Below are positions 38,387 through 46,632 of a stretch of 64,000 bases of DNA, piece by piece (within the stretch, counting starts at the first letter, position 1; the number at the start of each line of letters is the position of its first letter). The notes below the pieces were generated by a model. It saw only the letters and a list, made by a program, of their open reading frames with translations, was not told the origin of the DNA and did no database searches. A program made the translations under genes and the position numbers. This stretch comes from a virus, in IMG/VR virus record IMGVR_UViG_3300031251_000003, positions 1-64,000 of that record; one strand, 5' to 3'.

Positions 38387-40233
38387 TGTTGACGACACGT
38401 AGGCCAGTAATCCCACCTAAAGGCGGTGTAGCTTATTGCTACCTCGATGGGAACATTTACTATGAGACAGAAGGATCTCATATGGAACTCGTACGACAGA
38501 TGCTTGACCAGGGGATTCCTAGATCAGCACTCGATGCATACGATCCGGGGTACAGCGCCATCTTTGGTTATATCTGGAATACAAGTGATACAGAAGAACC
38601 AAAATATGTAAATGATCAATACTCTGATATCTACTCTAACACGAAGGATCCACAGAAGACAGCGGAACTGAATTCTAAGTTACGTGCTTTATTTCCAGAC
38701 ATCACAACAGACACCAGTGGCCCTTACTTCGAGCCAGTAAAATGGACATTGAGCCACATTTCTGATACAATAGATCCAATGTCCGATATGACACCTATTG
38801 AGACGGCTATCCAAGGAGAACCTGCGGCTTCCATGGCTATTCGTGCGCTGAATCAAGCAGGCGGACGGGTATTTGTCGTTGGTGGTGCAGTTCGCGATGC
38901 CATCCTGGGTCACGCACCCAAGGACGTAGATCTCATGGTTCAAGGTCTGGATGGCGATGCTATCGAGAATGCGCTTAAGGGTCTGGGTAGACTGGACTTT
39001 ACGGGCAAGCAGTTCGGTGTGTATCGCTTCAAGAGTGGAACCTCTGAGGTAGAGATTGCTCTGCCCAGGACTGAGGTTTCTACTGGCCCTGGCCACCAGG
39101 ATTTTCAGGTTACCACAGATCCTAACTTGGATCCCGAGCAGGATCTGGCCAGGAGAGATTTCACCGGTAACGCTATGGCATATGAGCCTGCAACCGGTCA
39201 ACTCATCGACCCTTACGGCGGTGCAGAGGATCTTAAGAATGGTACTTTGTCACTTGTAAATGACAAGGCATTCGAGGATGACCCTCTCCGTGTCGTTCGT
39301 GCATTGGTTGCTAATGCGCGGTTCGGCCTTGAGCCGGATGAGCAGCTTAAGCAATCACTGGCCGATAACGCTCAGAAGATCAAGCATCTTCCGGGTGAGA
39401 GAATTCAGGCAGAGCTTGATAAGCTCCTGTCTGCCCCTGACCCTGCTAAGACGATCAGCCTTGCGGAGCAGAGTGGTCTGATCCCGTATCTGTTCCCTGA
39501 GCTAGAGGCGGCTGTTGGATTCGATCAGCACAATCCTCACCACGATATGAACGTCTTCGATCACACTTTGTCGGTGCTGAAGAAGATGTCTACACTTAGC
39601 AACGATCCTGATATGAGACTCGCTGCGCTGTTCCACGACTCCGGTAAGCCCGAGTCGTACTGGAATGACGAAAATCACGGTGGCAACGGTGGTGGCCACT
39701 TCTACAAGAAGGTACTCCACGACGGAACTGTCATTGGTGCCGACCACGAGGATGTGGGCGCACGTAACGTTCGGGCATTCATGACGAGGATGCGTTACCC
39801 TAAGGATCGTATCGACCGTGTAGAGAAGCTGATCAAGTTCCATATGTGGAACTACTTCAACTCCGAGAAGGGAGCGAGGAAGTTCCTCCGTGCTCTGGAC
39901 GGCGATACCAAGATGGCCTTTGATCTTCTGGCTATCCGCGAAGCCGATTCAAGTGGTAAAAGAGACGGAGAGCCGAACAACTACGATAGAGAGATGATCG
40001 ACAAGGATCGTCAACTACTCCAAGATGTAATTGCTGGTCATGATGCCGGTGAACAGCACGCATTCACGATTAAAGATCTGGCCGTCAATGGTCACGATCT
40101 GATCTCTCTTGGTCTAAAAGGCCCGGAAATTGGTAAAACTCTGAACTATCTGCTCGATCTGGTCATTGATCATCCTGCTCTGAATGAGAAGGAAACACTC
40201 ATGAAAGTAGTCGATGAGGGTGTCCGGGTATAA
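38386..40233 (+). CDS. cca: CCA-adding tRNA nucleotidyltransferase with HD domain and N-terminal His-module
   Basis: VGGAVRD...KDVDL, DLARRDFT.NAMA, EDDPLRVVRA, ERIQAEL, HT...LFHDSGK. Confidence 0.92.
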   Translation: MLTTRRPVIPPKGGVAYCYLDGNIYYETEGSHMELVRQMLDQGIPRSALDAYDPGYSAIFGYIWNTSDTEEPKYVNDQYSDIYSNTKDPQKTAELNSKLRALFPDITTDTSGPYFEPVKWTLSHISDTIDPMSDMTPIETAIQGEPAASMAIRALNQAGGRVFVVGGAVRDAILGHAPKDVDLMVQGLDGDAIENALKGLGRLDFTGKQFGVYRFKSGTSEVEIALPRTEVSTGPGHQDFQVTTDPNLDPEQDLARRDFTGNAMAYEPATGQLIDPYGGAEDLKNGTLSLVNDKAFEDDPLRVVRALVANARFGLEPDEQLKQSLADNAQKIKHLPGERIQAELDKLLSAPDPAKTISLAEQSGLIPYLFPELEAAVGFDQHNPHHDMNVFDHTLSVLKKMSTLSNDPDMRLAALFHDSGKPESYWNDENHGGNGGGHFYKKVLHDGTVIGADHEDVGARNVRAFMTRMRYPKDRIDRVEKLIKFHMWNYFNSEKGARKFLRALDGDTKMAFDLLAIREADSSGKRDGEPNNYDREMIDKDRQLLQDVIAGHDAGEQHAFTIKDLAVNGHDLISLGLKGPEIGKTLNYLLDLVIDHPALNEKETLMKVVDEGVRV

Positions 40234-40417
40234 TATACACGACATTTTAGTTCGCCGTGGTGCTCACTTTGCAAATCCAGAGGACTGGTGGTATTGGGCC
40301 GGATGGCTCGATGTTCTCTATGGTAAATGTACAATCAATTACCCAAAGCAACTATCCTACGCCAGGGCATATGAAATGGGTATGGCTGATGCTAAAGGTG
40401 AATTATGTATAACTTAG
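40214..40417 (+). CDS. small YxxGYxDG-repeat (RMF-like) family protein
   Basis: YWAGWLD...YEMGMADAKGE. Confidence 0.7.
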   Translation: MRVSGYNIHDILVRRGAHFANPEDWWYWAGWLDVLYGKCTINYPKQLSYARAYEMGMADAKGELCIT

Positions 40418-40590
40418 ATCAAGTTTCCATGTTTAGACAACTTTACACAGGCCCAGACTTCTGGTATTGGACTGGTTGGATGGACTATATTAGTTATGGG
40501 AATGTTCATCGACCCAAAGAACCTGAGAATCTTACGGCTTATCTGATGGGATATGCCGACGCGAAGGGTGAAGACTATGGCTGCACCTAA
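40405..40590 (+). CDS. small YxxGYxDG-repeat (RMF-like) family protein
   Basis: YWTGWMD...YLMGYADAKGE. Confidence 0.7.
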   Translation: MYNLDQVSMFRQLYTGPDFWYWTGWMDYISYGNVHRPKEPENLTAYLMGYADAKGEDYGCT

Positions 40591-40846
40591 TCCATGGCGG
40601 AAGAGTCTCGAAGAGATTGGTCAACTTCAACCTATAACCACAAACAAAGACCCTAATCTGCTGAATGATTGGTGGTATTGGGAGGGGTGGAAAGATGTTC
40701 TTAACGGAAGGAAGGATTGGTTTACCAGTCCTCAGAACAAGGGGGACTATAAGGCTTACGATGATATCTTGGTTAGCTATCGATTAGGTCGCGCTGATGC
40801 TTCAAGAGACGAGCTATGTGAAGCAGACGATGCTAACTACACTTAA
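40577..40846 (+). CDS. small YxxGYxDG-repeat (RMF-like) family protein
   Basis: YWEGWKD...YRLGRADA. Confidence 0.65.
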   Translation: MAAPNPWRKSLEEIGQLQPITTNKDPNLLNDWWYWEGWKDVLNGRKDWFTSPQNKGDYKAYDDILVSYRLGRADASRDELCEADDANYT

Positions 40847-41067
40847 GGTCGAGGATCGACTAGATATGTCTTCATATATGCACCATGATCAAATCCATCA
40901 TCATACGCTTGCTGAAAGACATCCCACGGTGCTGGGAGTGCTCTCTTCACGAATCCTTCTTGACCGTCCGTGACTCCGTAGTTATACCATGTTGAAGGTA
41001 ATGGCATCGGTGTGTCGGCGGCGAATTCTAAGTCTGAAGTGTTCGGATCGAATAGAGGTTGTCCCAT
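40843..41067 (-). CDS. small YxxGYxDG-repeat family protein (minus strand)
   Basis: YNYGVTDGQEG...YDDGFDHG; preceded by TAATAGATG-AT-ATG. Confidence 0.65.
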   Translation of the reverse strand: MGQPLFDPNTSDLEFAADTPMPLPSTWYNYGVTDGQEGFVKRALPAPWDVFQQAYDDGFDHGAYMKTYLVDPRP

Positions 41068-41069
41068 AT

Positions 41070-41078
41070 CATCTATTA
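41070..41078 (-). promoter_or_regulatory. candidate late-promoter motif TAATAGATG
   Basis: Identical context TAATAGATGATATGG to 46622. Confidence 0.5.
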
Positions 41079-41091
41079 GGGTGCGGTAGAG

Positions 41092-41526
41092 ATGCTTAAC
41101 ATGGAAACTCCCGAAGAAAGATATGACAGAATGACTCAGGGAATCGATTTTGACCCCGCAGATCCATCAAATGATGCTTTTTATGTTGGTGGGTATTACA
41201 TAGGATACCGAAGAACTGATTGGCATCCTTCATGGGATACGTCGCCATCTCTTCCCCAATATAGGGCTGCGTGGGAAATGGGGCAAGAAGACGGGAAGGG
41301 AGATAGGCAGCTTGCGGAAGAGGAAGAGTTGTGTTATACTGTGGAGAGATATGCAACGGATGACGAAATGAAGGAAGGTCTTCCTTTGGGGTACCATATC
41401 GTAGATTGGGGCACCGGTACACATGGACTCTACATGAATGGGTTCACAAACCCTAAAACCGGTTCGTCTCTAGCTGCTACTGGTGATAAAAATGCACTTG
41501 AAGCTCTGGTGAGGAAGTTTTCATGA
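41092..41526 (+). CDS. YxxGYxDG-repeat (RMF-like) protein with C-terminal extra domain
   Basis: YVGGYYIGY...WEMGQEDGKGDR. Confidence 0.65.
   Translation: MLNMETPEERYDRMTQGIDFDPADPSNDAFYVGGYYIGYRRTDWHPSWDTSPSLPQYRAAWEMGQEDGKGDRQLAEEEELCYTVERYATDDEMKEGLPLGYHIVDWGTGTHGLYMNGFTNPKTGSSLAATGDKNALEALVRKFS
41312..41340 (+). promoter_or_regulatory. possible intragenic sigma-A promoter TTGCGG-N17-TATACT
   Basis: 17-nt spacer and TG extension, but inside a CDS with no leaderless in-frame start. Confidence 0.35.
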
Positions 41527-41747
41527 GTAAGAATAAGAAATTAAAGAAAGCTCGCATCGAGGAAGCCAAGATCGTCATTGAATTACTCAATGAGATTAGA
41601 TACGATCTTTCTCGATGCAAAGGATATATCTCAGCCGTCGCTAAAGGACGGCAGGATGGTCACCATATCCTACTTGAAGATATACAGAGTGATATAGATT
41701 GCCTTTATGCGCTAAAAGAGCGGCTGCTAAGGGGTATTCGTGATTAA
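41523..41747 (+). CDS. hypothetical protein
   Basis: ATGA coupling, GAGG SD. Confidence 0.6.
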   Translation: MSKNKKLKKARIEEAKIVIELLNEIRYDLSRCKGYISAVAKGRQDGHHILLEDIQSDIDCLYALKERLLRGIRD

Positions 41748-41997
41748 GCAGATCATCATTATCGATGAAGACGATAGAGCCAAGATCATTCAGGGTGATG
41801 ATCTAATCACTGGTGGCTTCAGAATCACCGATGTCAACCAAATATCTTCCATTGTCACGCTCGAAGATGACTATGAATCTCCCCTGAGTGACGGTAGTAC
41901 CGATTGTACAGTTACGATGATTTGGGAATATAGATCATCGATGAAAATTGGAGATGAAGTTGGCACTTCGTTCAACATGATCATGTGGGAGGACTAA
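41740..41997 (+). CDS. hypothetical protein
   Basis: Overlapping GTG start. Confidence 0.55.
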   Translation: MIKQIIIIDEDDRAKIIQGDDLITGGFRITDVNQISSIVTLEDDYESPLSDGSTDCTVTMIWEYRSSMKIGDEVGTSFNMIMWED

Positions 41998-42723
41998 ATG
42001 GGTATTAGAGTAACCAAGGTTCTAGGTTATGGACTCACTGATGTAAAGATCCGAAAGTACAATATCGCTGACGGGCGCATCAATACAAAGAGTCCACTCT
42101 TAGACTACAGTAGCAAGAAAACTCTTGATGACTACATCGATTGGCTCAATACCAAACAACAACAGGATCAAGAAAAATTCTATTTCAACATGGATGGATA
42201 TCTATTCAAGGAACGAGAAGAAGAGGGATTCAAGTGGAACGATAGAACAGGTGCCTTTAGCCCTCAAGATCTCTGCCATCATGGAATCGAGTACATGATG
42301 AAGAATGTACTGCTAATTCGTCCTCTTTCATGTAAGGATTGGAATAGACACGACGATATCATGGATTATATAGAGGAAACCTCTTTTAAGGACGTTGGTG
42401 ATACCGATTACAGTGCCAATTGGGTTAAAGAGATCCCCGGTGGTATCTTTCCTTATAGCGGCTCATTCATGGATGCTAGAACGGGTGAGAGAGTCAAAGA
42501 CGGTATCACACTCTATAGGTATCTAACCTGGCCCTCATATAGTTCTTATCTCCGAGATGAAGCCTGTCAAGAGTATGGATTCAACGATATCGCTGACGCT
42601 TATAAGAATCTAGTTCCCATCGTCCCCGATGAGGTTCGGGATCTATGTGAATGGGGTAAACTGTTCATCGATGATGATGTCTGGAAGCAGCTTCGCCCAC
42701 TATTGTACTGCTACTGGTCATAA
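41998..42723 (+). CDS. hypothetical phage protein
   Basis: GGAGG SD; MGIRVTKVLGYG...LRPLLYCYWS. Confidence 0.75.
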   Translation: MGIRVTKVLGYGLTDVKIRKYNIADGRINTKSPLLDYSSKKTLDDYIDWLNTKQQQDQEKFYFNMDGYLFKEREEEGFKWNDRTGAFSPQDLCHHGIEYMMKNVLLIRPLSCKDWNRHDDIMDYIEETSFKDVGDTDYSANWVKEIPGGIFPYSGSFMDARTGERVKDGITLYRYLTWPSYSSYLRDEACQEYGFNDIADAYKNLVPIVPDEVRDLCEWGKLFIDDDVWKQLRPLLYCYWS

Positions 42724-42980
42724 TGGGTACGACTTATAGCGAAGTTCTACAGACTTTGACCGATACGTCTCTTAGAGATGCTGACTCAAGGTACTATCTC
42801 CATGGATATATCCGTGGTAGATGGGGAGATGTTCAGATTGTGATGTTCCCGCCAGATAATCATAAAGCTGCATGGGAAATGGGCTTGAAAGATGGCGAAG
42901 CTGATGCCCATCCTATATACGAATACATTGCTATATATGAAGATAATGAAGCTTACTCACATACACAGAGGATAGGATAG
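42723..42980 (+). CDS. small YxxGYxDG-repeat (RMF-like) family protein
   Basis: YLHGYIRGRWG...WEMGLKDGEAD. Confidence 0.7.
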   Translation: MGTTYSEVLQTLTDTSLRDADSRYYLHGYIRGRWGDVQIVMFPPDNHKAAWEMGLKDGEADAHPIYEYIAIYEDNEAYSHTQRIG

Positions 42981-43262
42981 ATGCGTAGATTCAGAGAAAT
43001 CAAGATCTGGAAGTTCCATATCCGTCATTGGTATTCTATATGTTCCAGGCACTACCATGGAAAGGACGATTGCCCTGCATGTAATACAGGGTCTAGTCGT
43101 TGGTTCTTCAGTGTGTGGATTTCTAGATTCTTCTATGGGCCAAGTCCTAGTAAGGGTGGCCCATTAGGTAAGACTGGACGAGAGATCTGGCTATGGTATG
43201 TAAACAGGCCGAATAGCAAGGCTAAGCGGGAGTTGAAGAAGTGGTTCCCAAGACTAAAATAA
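42981..43262 (+). CDS. basic Trp-rich protein with CxxH...CxxC
   Basis: CSRH...CPAC. Confidence 0.6.
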   Translation: MRRFREIKIWKFHIRHWYSICSRHYHGKDDCPACNTGSSRWFFSVWISRFFYGPSPSKGGPLGKTGREIWLWYVNRPNSKAKRELKKWFPRLK

Positions 43263-43372
43263 TGTGGAGATACAGGTTGGCGATGCTGCCGCCTCAATGG
43301 TTATTGAGGCGTTTACCTATGAAGCTTCGCCTATGGTTCTATTGGTGGGCAATACAGGATCTGCTTAGATGA
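43262..43372 (+). CDS. Trp/Arg-rich micro-ORF (36 aa)
   Basis: TAATG coupling; MWRYRLAMLPPQWLLRRLPMKLRLWFYWWAIQDLLR. Confidence 0.45.
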   Translation: MWRYRLAMLPPQWLLRRLPMKLRLWFYWWAIQDLLR

Positions 43373-43395
43373 GATGCAGTTCCGCATGGTAATAT

Positions 43396-45546
43396 GTGAT
43401 GAATTCAGTAAAGAGCAACGTCTTTGATCCCATCCAACCTAACTTAGATCAAGTTATATTTAATGGCACGGATCTTAGGCCAAGTGTAAACAAATTTGTC
43501 CAAAAGATCTACTATCATGCCCTGAATCGTAAGCTTGGTGTGACGGGTAGGGATTGGGCACACCTGTATCTCACTGGCAGCCTAACAACTTACCAGTATT
43601 CGGCTACTTCTGATGCCGACCATAGTGTTTTCCCTGACTATGACAGAATTTGGAAGCATCTCAATATAGATCCGCATGATGCTCGTGTCATGTTGGTAGA
43701 GATGTCTATCGATTACCTAGATGGTATCTTCATTCCCGGAACCCTTCATCCTATCCAGTTCTTTGTCGAGAGTCCAGGGGTTGTACCGACTGATAAGTTT
43801 CGCCCAGGACTCAGATCTGCATATGATCTTTTGGATCGAGAGTGGTTTGTAAAACCAGAAAAGGAACGAGCACACAGCGTACAGGATGAATGGCCGGATG
43901 TCTATGAACGAGCTTCAGAGATAGCCGACAAGATGACTACTATGCTTGATTCTGGTAACTACGATGCGGCTCAGAACCTGTGGATTACAGTACACAAGAA
44001 GCGACAATTGGATCAGCAGGCCGATCTAGGAGATTTCTCTGAAGGCAACATCACCCTCAAGCTACTCTTGAATCGTGGCCTTATTGATCGTCTCAGAAAT
44101 GAAGTTGGATTGAAAATCCAGACTAAGGTAGGAACTCTCTATAATCCTTTGGATTCAAATAGGTTTAAGGCGGTGTTTGCCTTTGGTTATGATCCTGAGT
44201 CTGATACATTAGTGGCTGACAGAACTCATTACAGTGTCGTAAAAGAACTTATAGGGAAACTTGGTGCTCCCAAAGAAGATACTCGTGGTTTTGCAATGAG
44301 GATAAAACCCGTGCTAGGCTGGGTCTATCAGGACTACAATACAGGAGATCATGCACCAGATTGGAAAGTTGAGTTTGCCTCAGATCTCTATGACCAACAG
44401 GCTGGCTGGTCTGAAGCAAGGAATCAGCAGGCTCTAGAAGCCCTCCAACGAGAGAACCCTAACGCTAACATCACGTATGCGGGCCAGAGCGATTACAAGA
44501 ACCCAGATGATACCTATGAGTATCACGAAGCTACTCTCCACACAAGTATGCCGCCGTGTTGGCAGGCACCACAGTTCTTCGAGGATTATCAGAAGAGCTA
44601 TACACCTGAAGTAGGGGAAACTACAGAGGTTAGAGGCTATGATTGGGAAGTTGATTATGCCCGACTCTTCAAGCTTATTCACATGAAGACCTGGCCGCTA
44701 AAGAACATCGACGTAAGATTACTAACCCCGGAACACAAGGACTGGAACCAAATTTATGGGTATTACGAAAACGGCAAGATCTGGATCCATCCGTTCCTAA
44801 CTGCTGCTGAGGCTAGTGAAACTCTCTGGCACGAGATCCAGCATCAGTATCAGGATCAAGAAAAACGAAGACAATACTACAACTACAACGTCCCAAGGCG
44901 TAATTTCGATTATGATGTATCTGAGGAAGAACATGATCCTAGTCAATATGAAGAGCATCCCGACGAGATAGACGCAAATATGTTTGCTCAATTCATGAAT
45001 ATGGGAGAGCAAGCTTCTACGTTCTTGGTTGTGCCTATGCCGCCCAAGTACGATCCAACCTGGGTTCCCAGAGAACTACACCTGGATCGAGGCGAGTGGG
45101 ATGAACAGAACGAACTCTATGCCTTAACCCCGGAACAACTCAAGTCCGAAGAAGACGCACAGGTAAAGCTCTTCCGTACCGACTACAGTTTTTGGCAAGA
45201 GACTTGGGTTTCCGAAGAGAACTTTAGATGGAGTATCGTTGCTGCATTACCAGAGCTTTGGGAAGATCGAGTAACGACCAAGGTTATCTGGGATTGGGAC
45301 AAGGATCGTATCATCCTTGGGACAATGGCTTCATTGCCACAACTGCCTAACTCCAAGATAGTAGGAGAATACCATGACGGCAGGGTCACCTTGTTTGAAG
45401 CCGAGAAGCAATGGATCTCTCCTGTGTATTTCCGACGGCTCTGGCATAGTTCTTATCCTGATAAGGAACTGAAGGATGTTTACTTCCGTCGAGGTACGGG
45501 AGATGAGTATAAGTTGAGAAGTCTACCAAGGAAGCGAAATGTCTAA
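43396..45546 (+). CDS. multidomain protein: Pol-beta-type nucleotidyltransferase + His-module + HExxH zincin-like domain
   Basis: LYLTGSLTTYQYSATSDAD (hG[S]x9DxD); FGYDPESDTLV...THY...LGWV; LWHEIQH...E. Confidence 0.8.
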   Translation: MMNSVKSNVFDPIQPNLDQVIFNGTDLRPSVNKFVQKIYYHALNRKLGVTGRDWAHLYLTGSLTTYQYSATSDADHSVFPDYDRIWKHLNIDPHDARVMLVEMSIDYLDGIFIPGTLHPIQFFVESPGVVPTDKFRPGLRSAYDLLDREWFVKPEKERAHSVQDEWPDVYERASEIADKMTTMLDSGNYDAAQNLWITVHKKRQLDQQADLGDFSEGNITLKLLLNRGLIDRLRNEVGLKIQTKVGTLYNPLDSNRFKAVFAFGYDPESDTLVADRTHYSVVKELIGKLGAPKEDTRGFAMRIKPVLGWVYQDYNTGDHAPDWKVEFASDLYDQQAGWSEARNQQALEALQRENPNANITYAGQSDYKNPDDTYEYHEATLHTSMPPCWQAPQFFEDYQKSYTPEVGETTEVRGYDWEVDYARLFKLIHMKTWPLKNIDVRLLTPEHKDWNQIYGYYENGKIWIHPFLTAAEASETLWHEIQHQYQDQEKRRQYYNYNVPRRNFDYDVSEEEHDPSQYEEHPDEIDANMFAQFMNMGEQASTFLVVPMPPKYDPTWVPRELHLDRGEWDEQNELYALTPEQLKSEEDAQVKLFRTDYSFWQETWVSEENFRWSIVAALPELWEDRVTTKVIWDWDKDRIILGTMASLPQLPNSKIVGEYHDGRVTLFEAEKQWISPVYFRRLWHSSYPDKELKDVYFRRGTGDEYKLRSLPRKRNV

Positions 45547-45724
45547 AGTACCAGACATTCTGGCTCAGGATACTAGATCTTATCATTATGCGGTAGGCTA
45601 TTCTTGGGGTTATGGGAATGACCATACTTCTGAGATGTTGGTAAGCTACTTACAGACAGCAACTAAAGATTGGTTAATGGGTTACGCAGATGGGAAGGGG
45701 GATCGTGAAAACTCCCAATTTTAA
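45539..45724 (+). CDS. small YxxGYxDG-repeat (RMF-like) family protein
   Basis: YAVGYSWGYG...WLMGYADGKGDRE. Confidence 0.7.
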   Translation: MSKVPDILAQDTRSYHYAVGYSWGYGNDHTSEMLVSYLQTATKDWLMGYADGKGDRENSQF

Positions 45725-45896
45725 CCTAGATTACTATTGGACAGTCAAAGGAGATTTCTATTCGACTAGTTACGTTGCAGGATATATGAGGGGTCGTTGG
45801 GACTGCGCACTTCCTGATGAAATTGAACCGCTGATACATAGTCCTTTTGGAGTGATGGGTCTTGCCGATGGACGTGGAGATAAAGAATATGACTAG
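45705..45896 (+). CDS. small YxxGYxDG-repeat (RMF-like) family protein
   Basis: YVAGYMRGRWD...VMGLADGRGDKE. Confidence 0.65.
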   Translation: MKTPNFNLDYYWTVKGDFYSTSYVAGYMRGRWDCALPDEIEPLIHSPFGVMGLADGRGDKEYD

Positions 45897-46611
45897 TGGG
45901 ATATGGACATTCTCAGTAGGTGATAACCGAGGCCAGTTCAATCGTGCCCAGGCTTTCATGGCCATGCAGTATCCGAACGAGGTTCATGGCCTTGGTGGTC
46001 ATTGCATCAATCCAAAGTGTGATCACGTATGGGACGCTAACGATGAGAAGGAGATATCCCAGAACGACGGCTACATCGAGTGCCCAAATTGTGGATGGTC
46101 ACAGAACGTGTACGCTGAGGGTGTGAATCGTGTTGGTCTAACTAATGATCAGATGGGTCAAATAGGAGAGGATATCGTCTCAGGAATGAAGAACATTCCT
46201 TATCTAGGCGAGATCACCTGGGTATCGGGCTACAAGAACTTCCCCATAGACCTGATAGCTGGCCCCTTTGGTGTAGAAGTAAAGACAAATCATTCAGAAT
46301 CGCAACCCCGATTCAAACTTGGGGGTGGTAATAACCCCCAAGGTGGAGCATACACTCTTAAATCAAAATTGCAATATGTTCAGAGCGAGAACCTACGTCC
46401 TGCTCTGGTAGGTGTTCGACTCAACTTCTACACTGATAAGGCTGATGTGTTCGTTCGGCCAGATAGTTTCTCAGATACCTGGATCGGAGCGCCATCCCTG
46501 AATCACATAGCCACGATAGACTTCTCTAACCTGAATCCCTTTAAGGATCCGTCTCAAGTGCCGCCGCCAAGTCAGTTACCTGACGACGATGACTCAGATA
46601 TTCCGTTCTAA
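45889..46611 (+). CDS. zinc-ribbon + PD-(D/E)xK nuclease-like protein
   Basis: CINPKC...CPNC; GQIGEDIV...PIDLI...VEVKT; acidic DDIPF tail. Confidence 0.7.
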   Translation: MTSGIWTFSVGDNRGQFNRAQAFMAMQYPNEVHGLGGHCINPKCDHVWDANDEKEISQNDGYIECPNCGWSQNVYAEGVNRVGLTNDQMGQIGEDIVSGMKNIPYLGEITWVSGYKNFPIDLIAGPFGVEVKTNHSESQPRFKLGGGNNPQGGAYTLKSKLQYVQSENLRPALVGVRLNFYTDKADVFVRPDSFSDTWIGAPSLNHIATIDFSNLNPFKDPSQVPPPSQLPDDDDSDIPF

Positions 46612-46621
46612 ACCTAACACG

Positions 46622-46630
46622 TAATAGATG
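46622..46630 (+). promoter_or_regulatory. candidate late-promoter motif TAATAGATG
   Basis: Intergenic, ATG 2 nt downstream, no SD. Confidence 0.5.
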
Positions 46631-46632
46631 AT

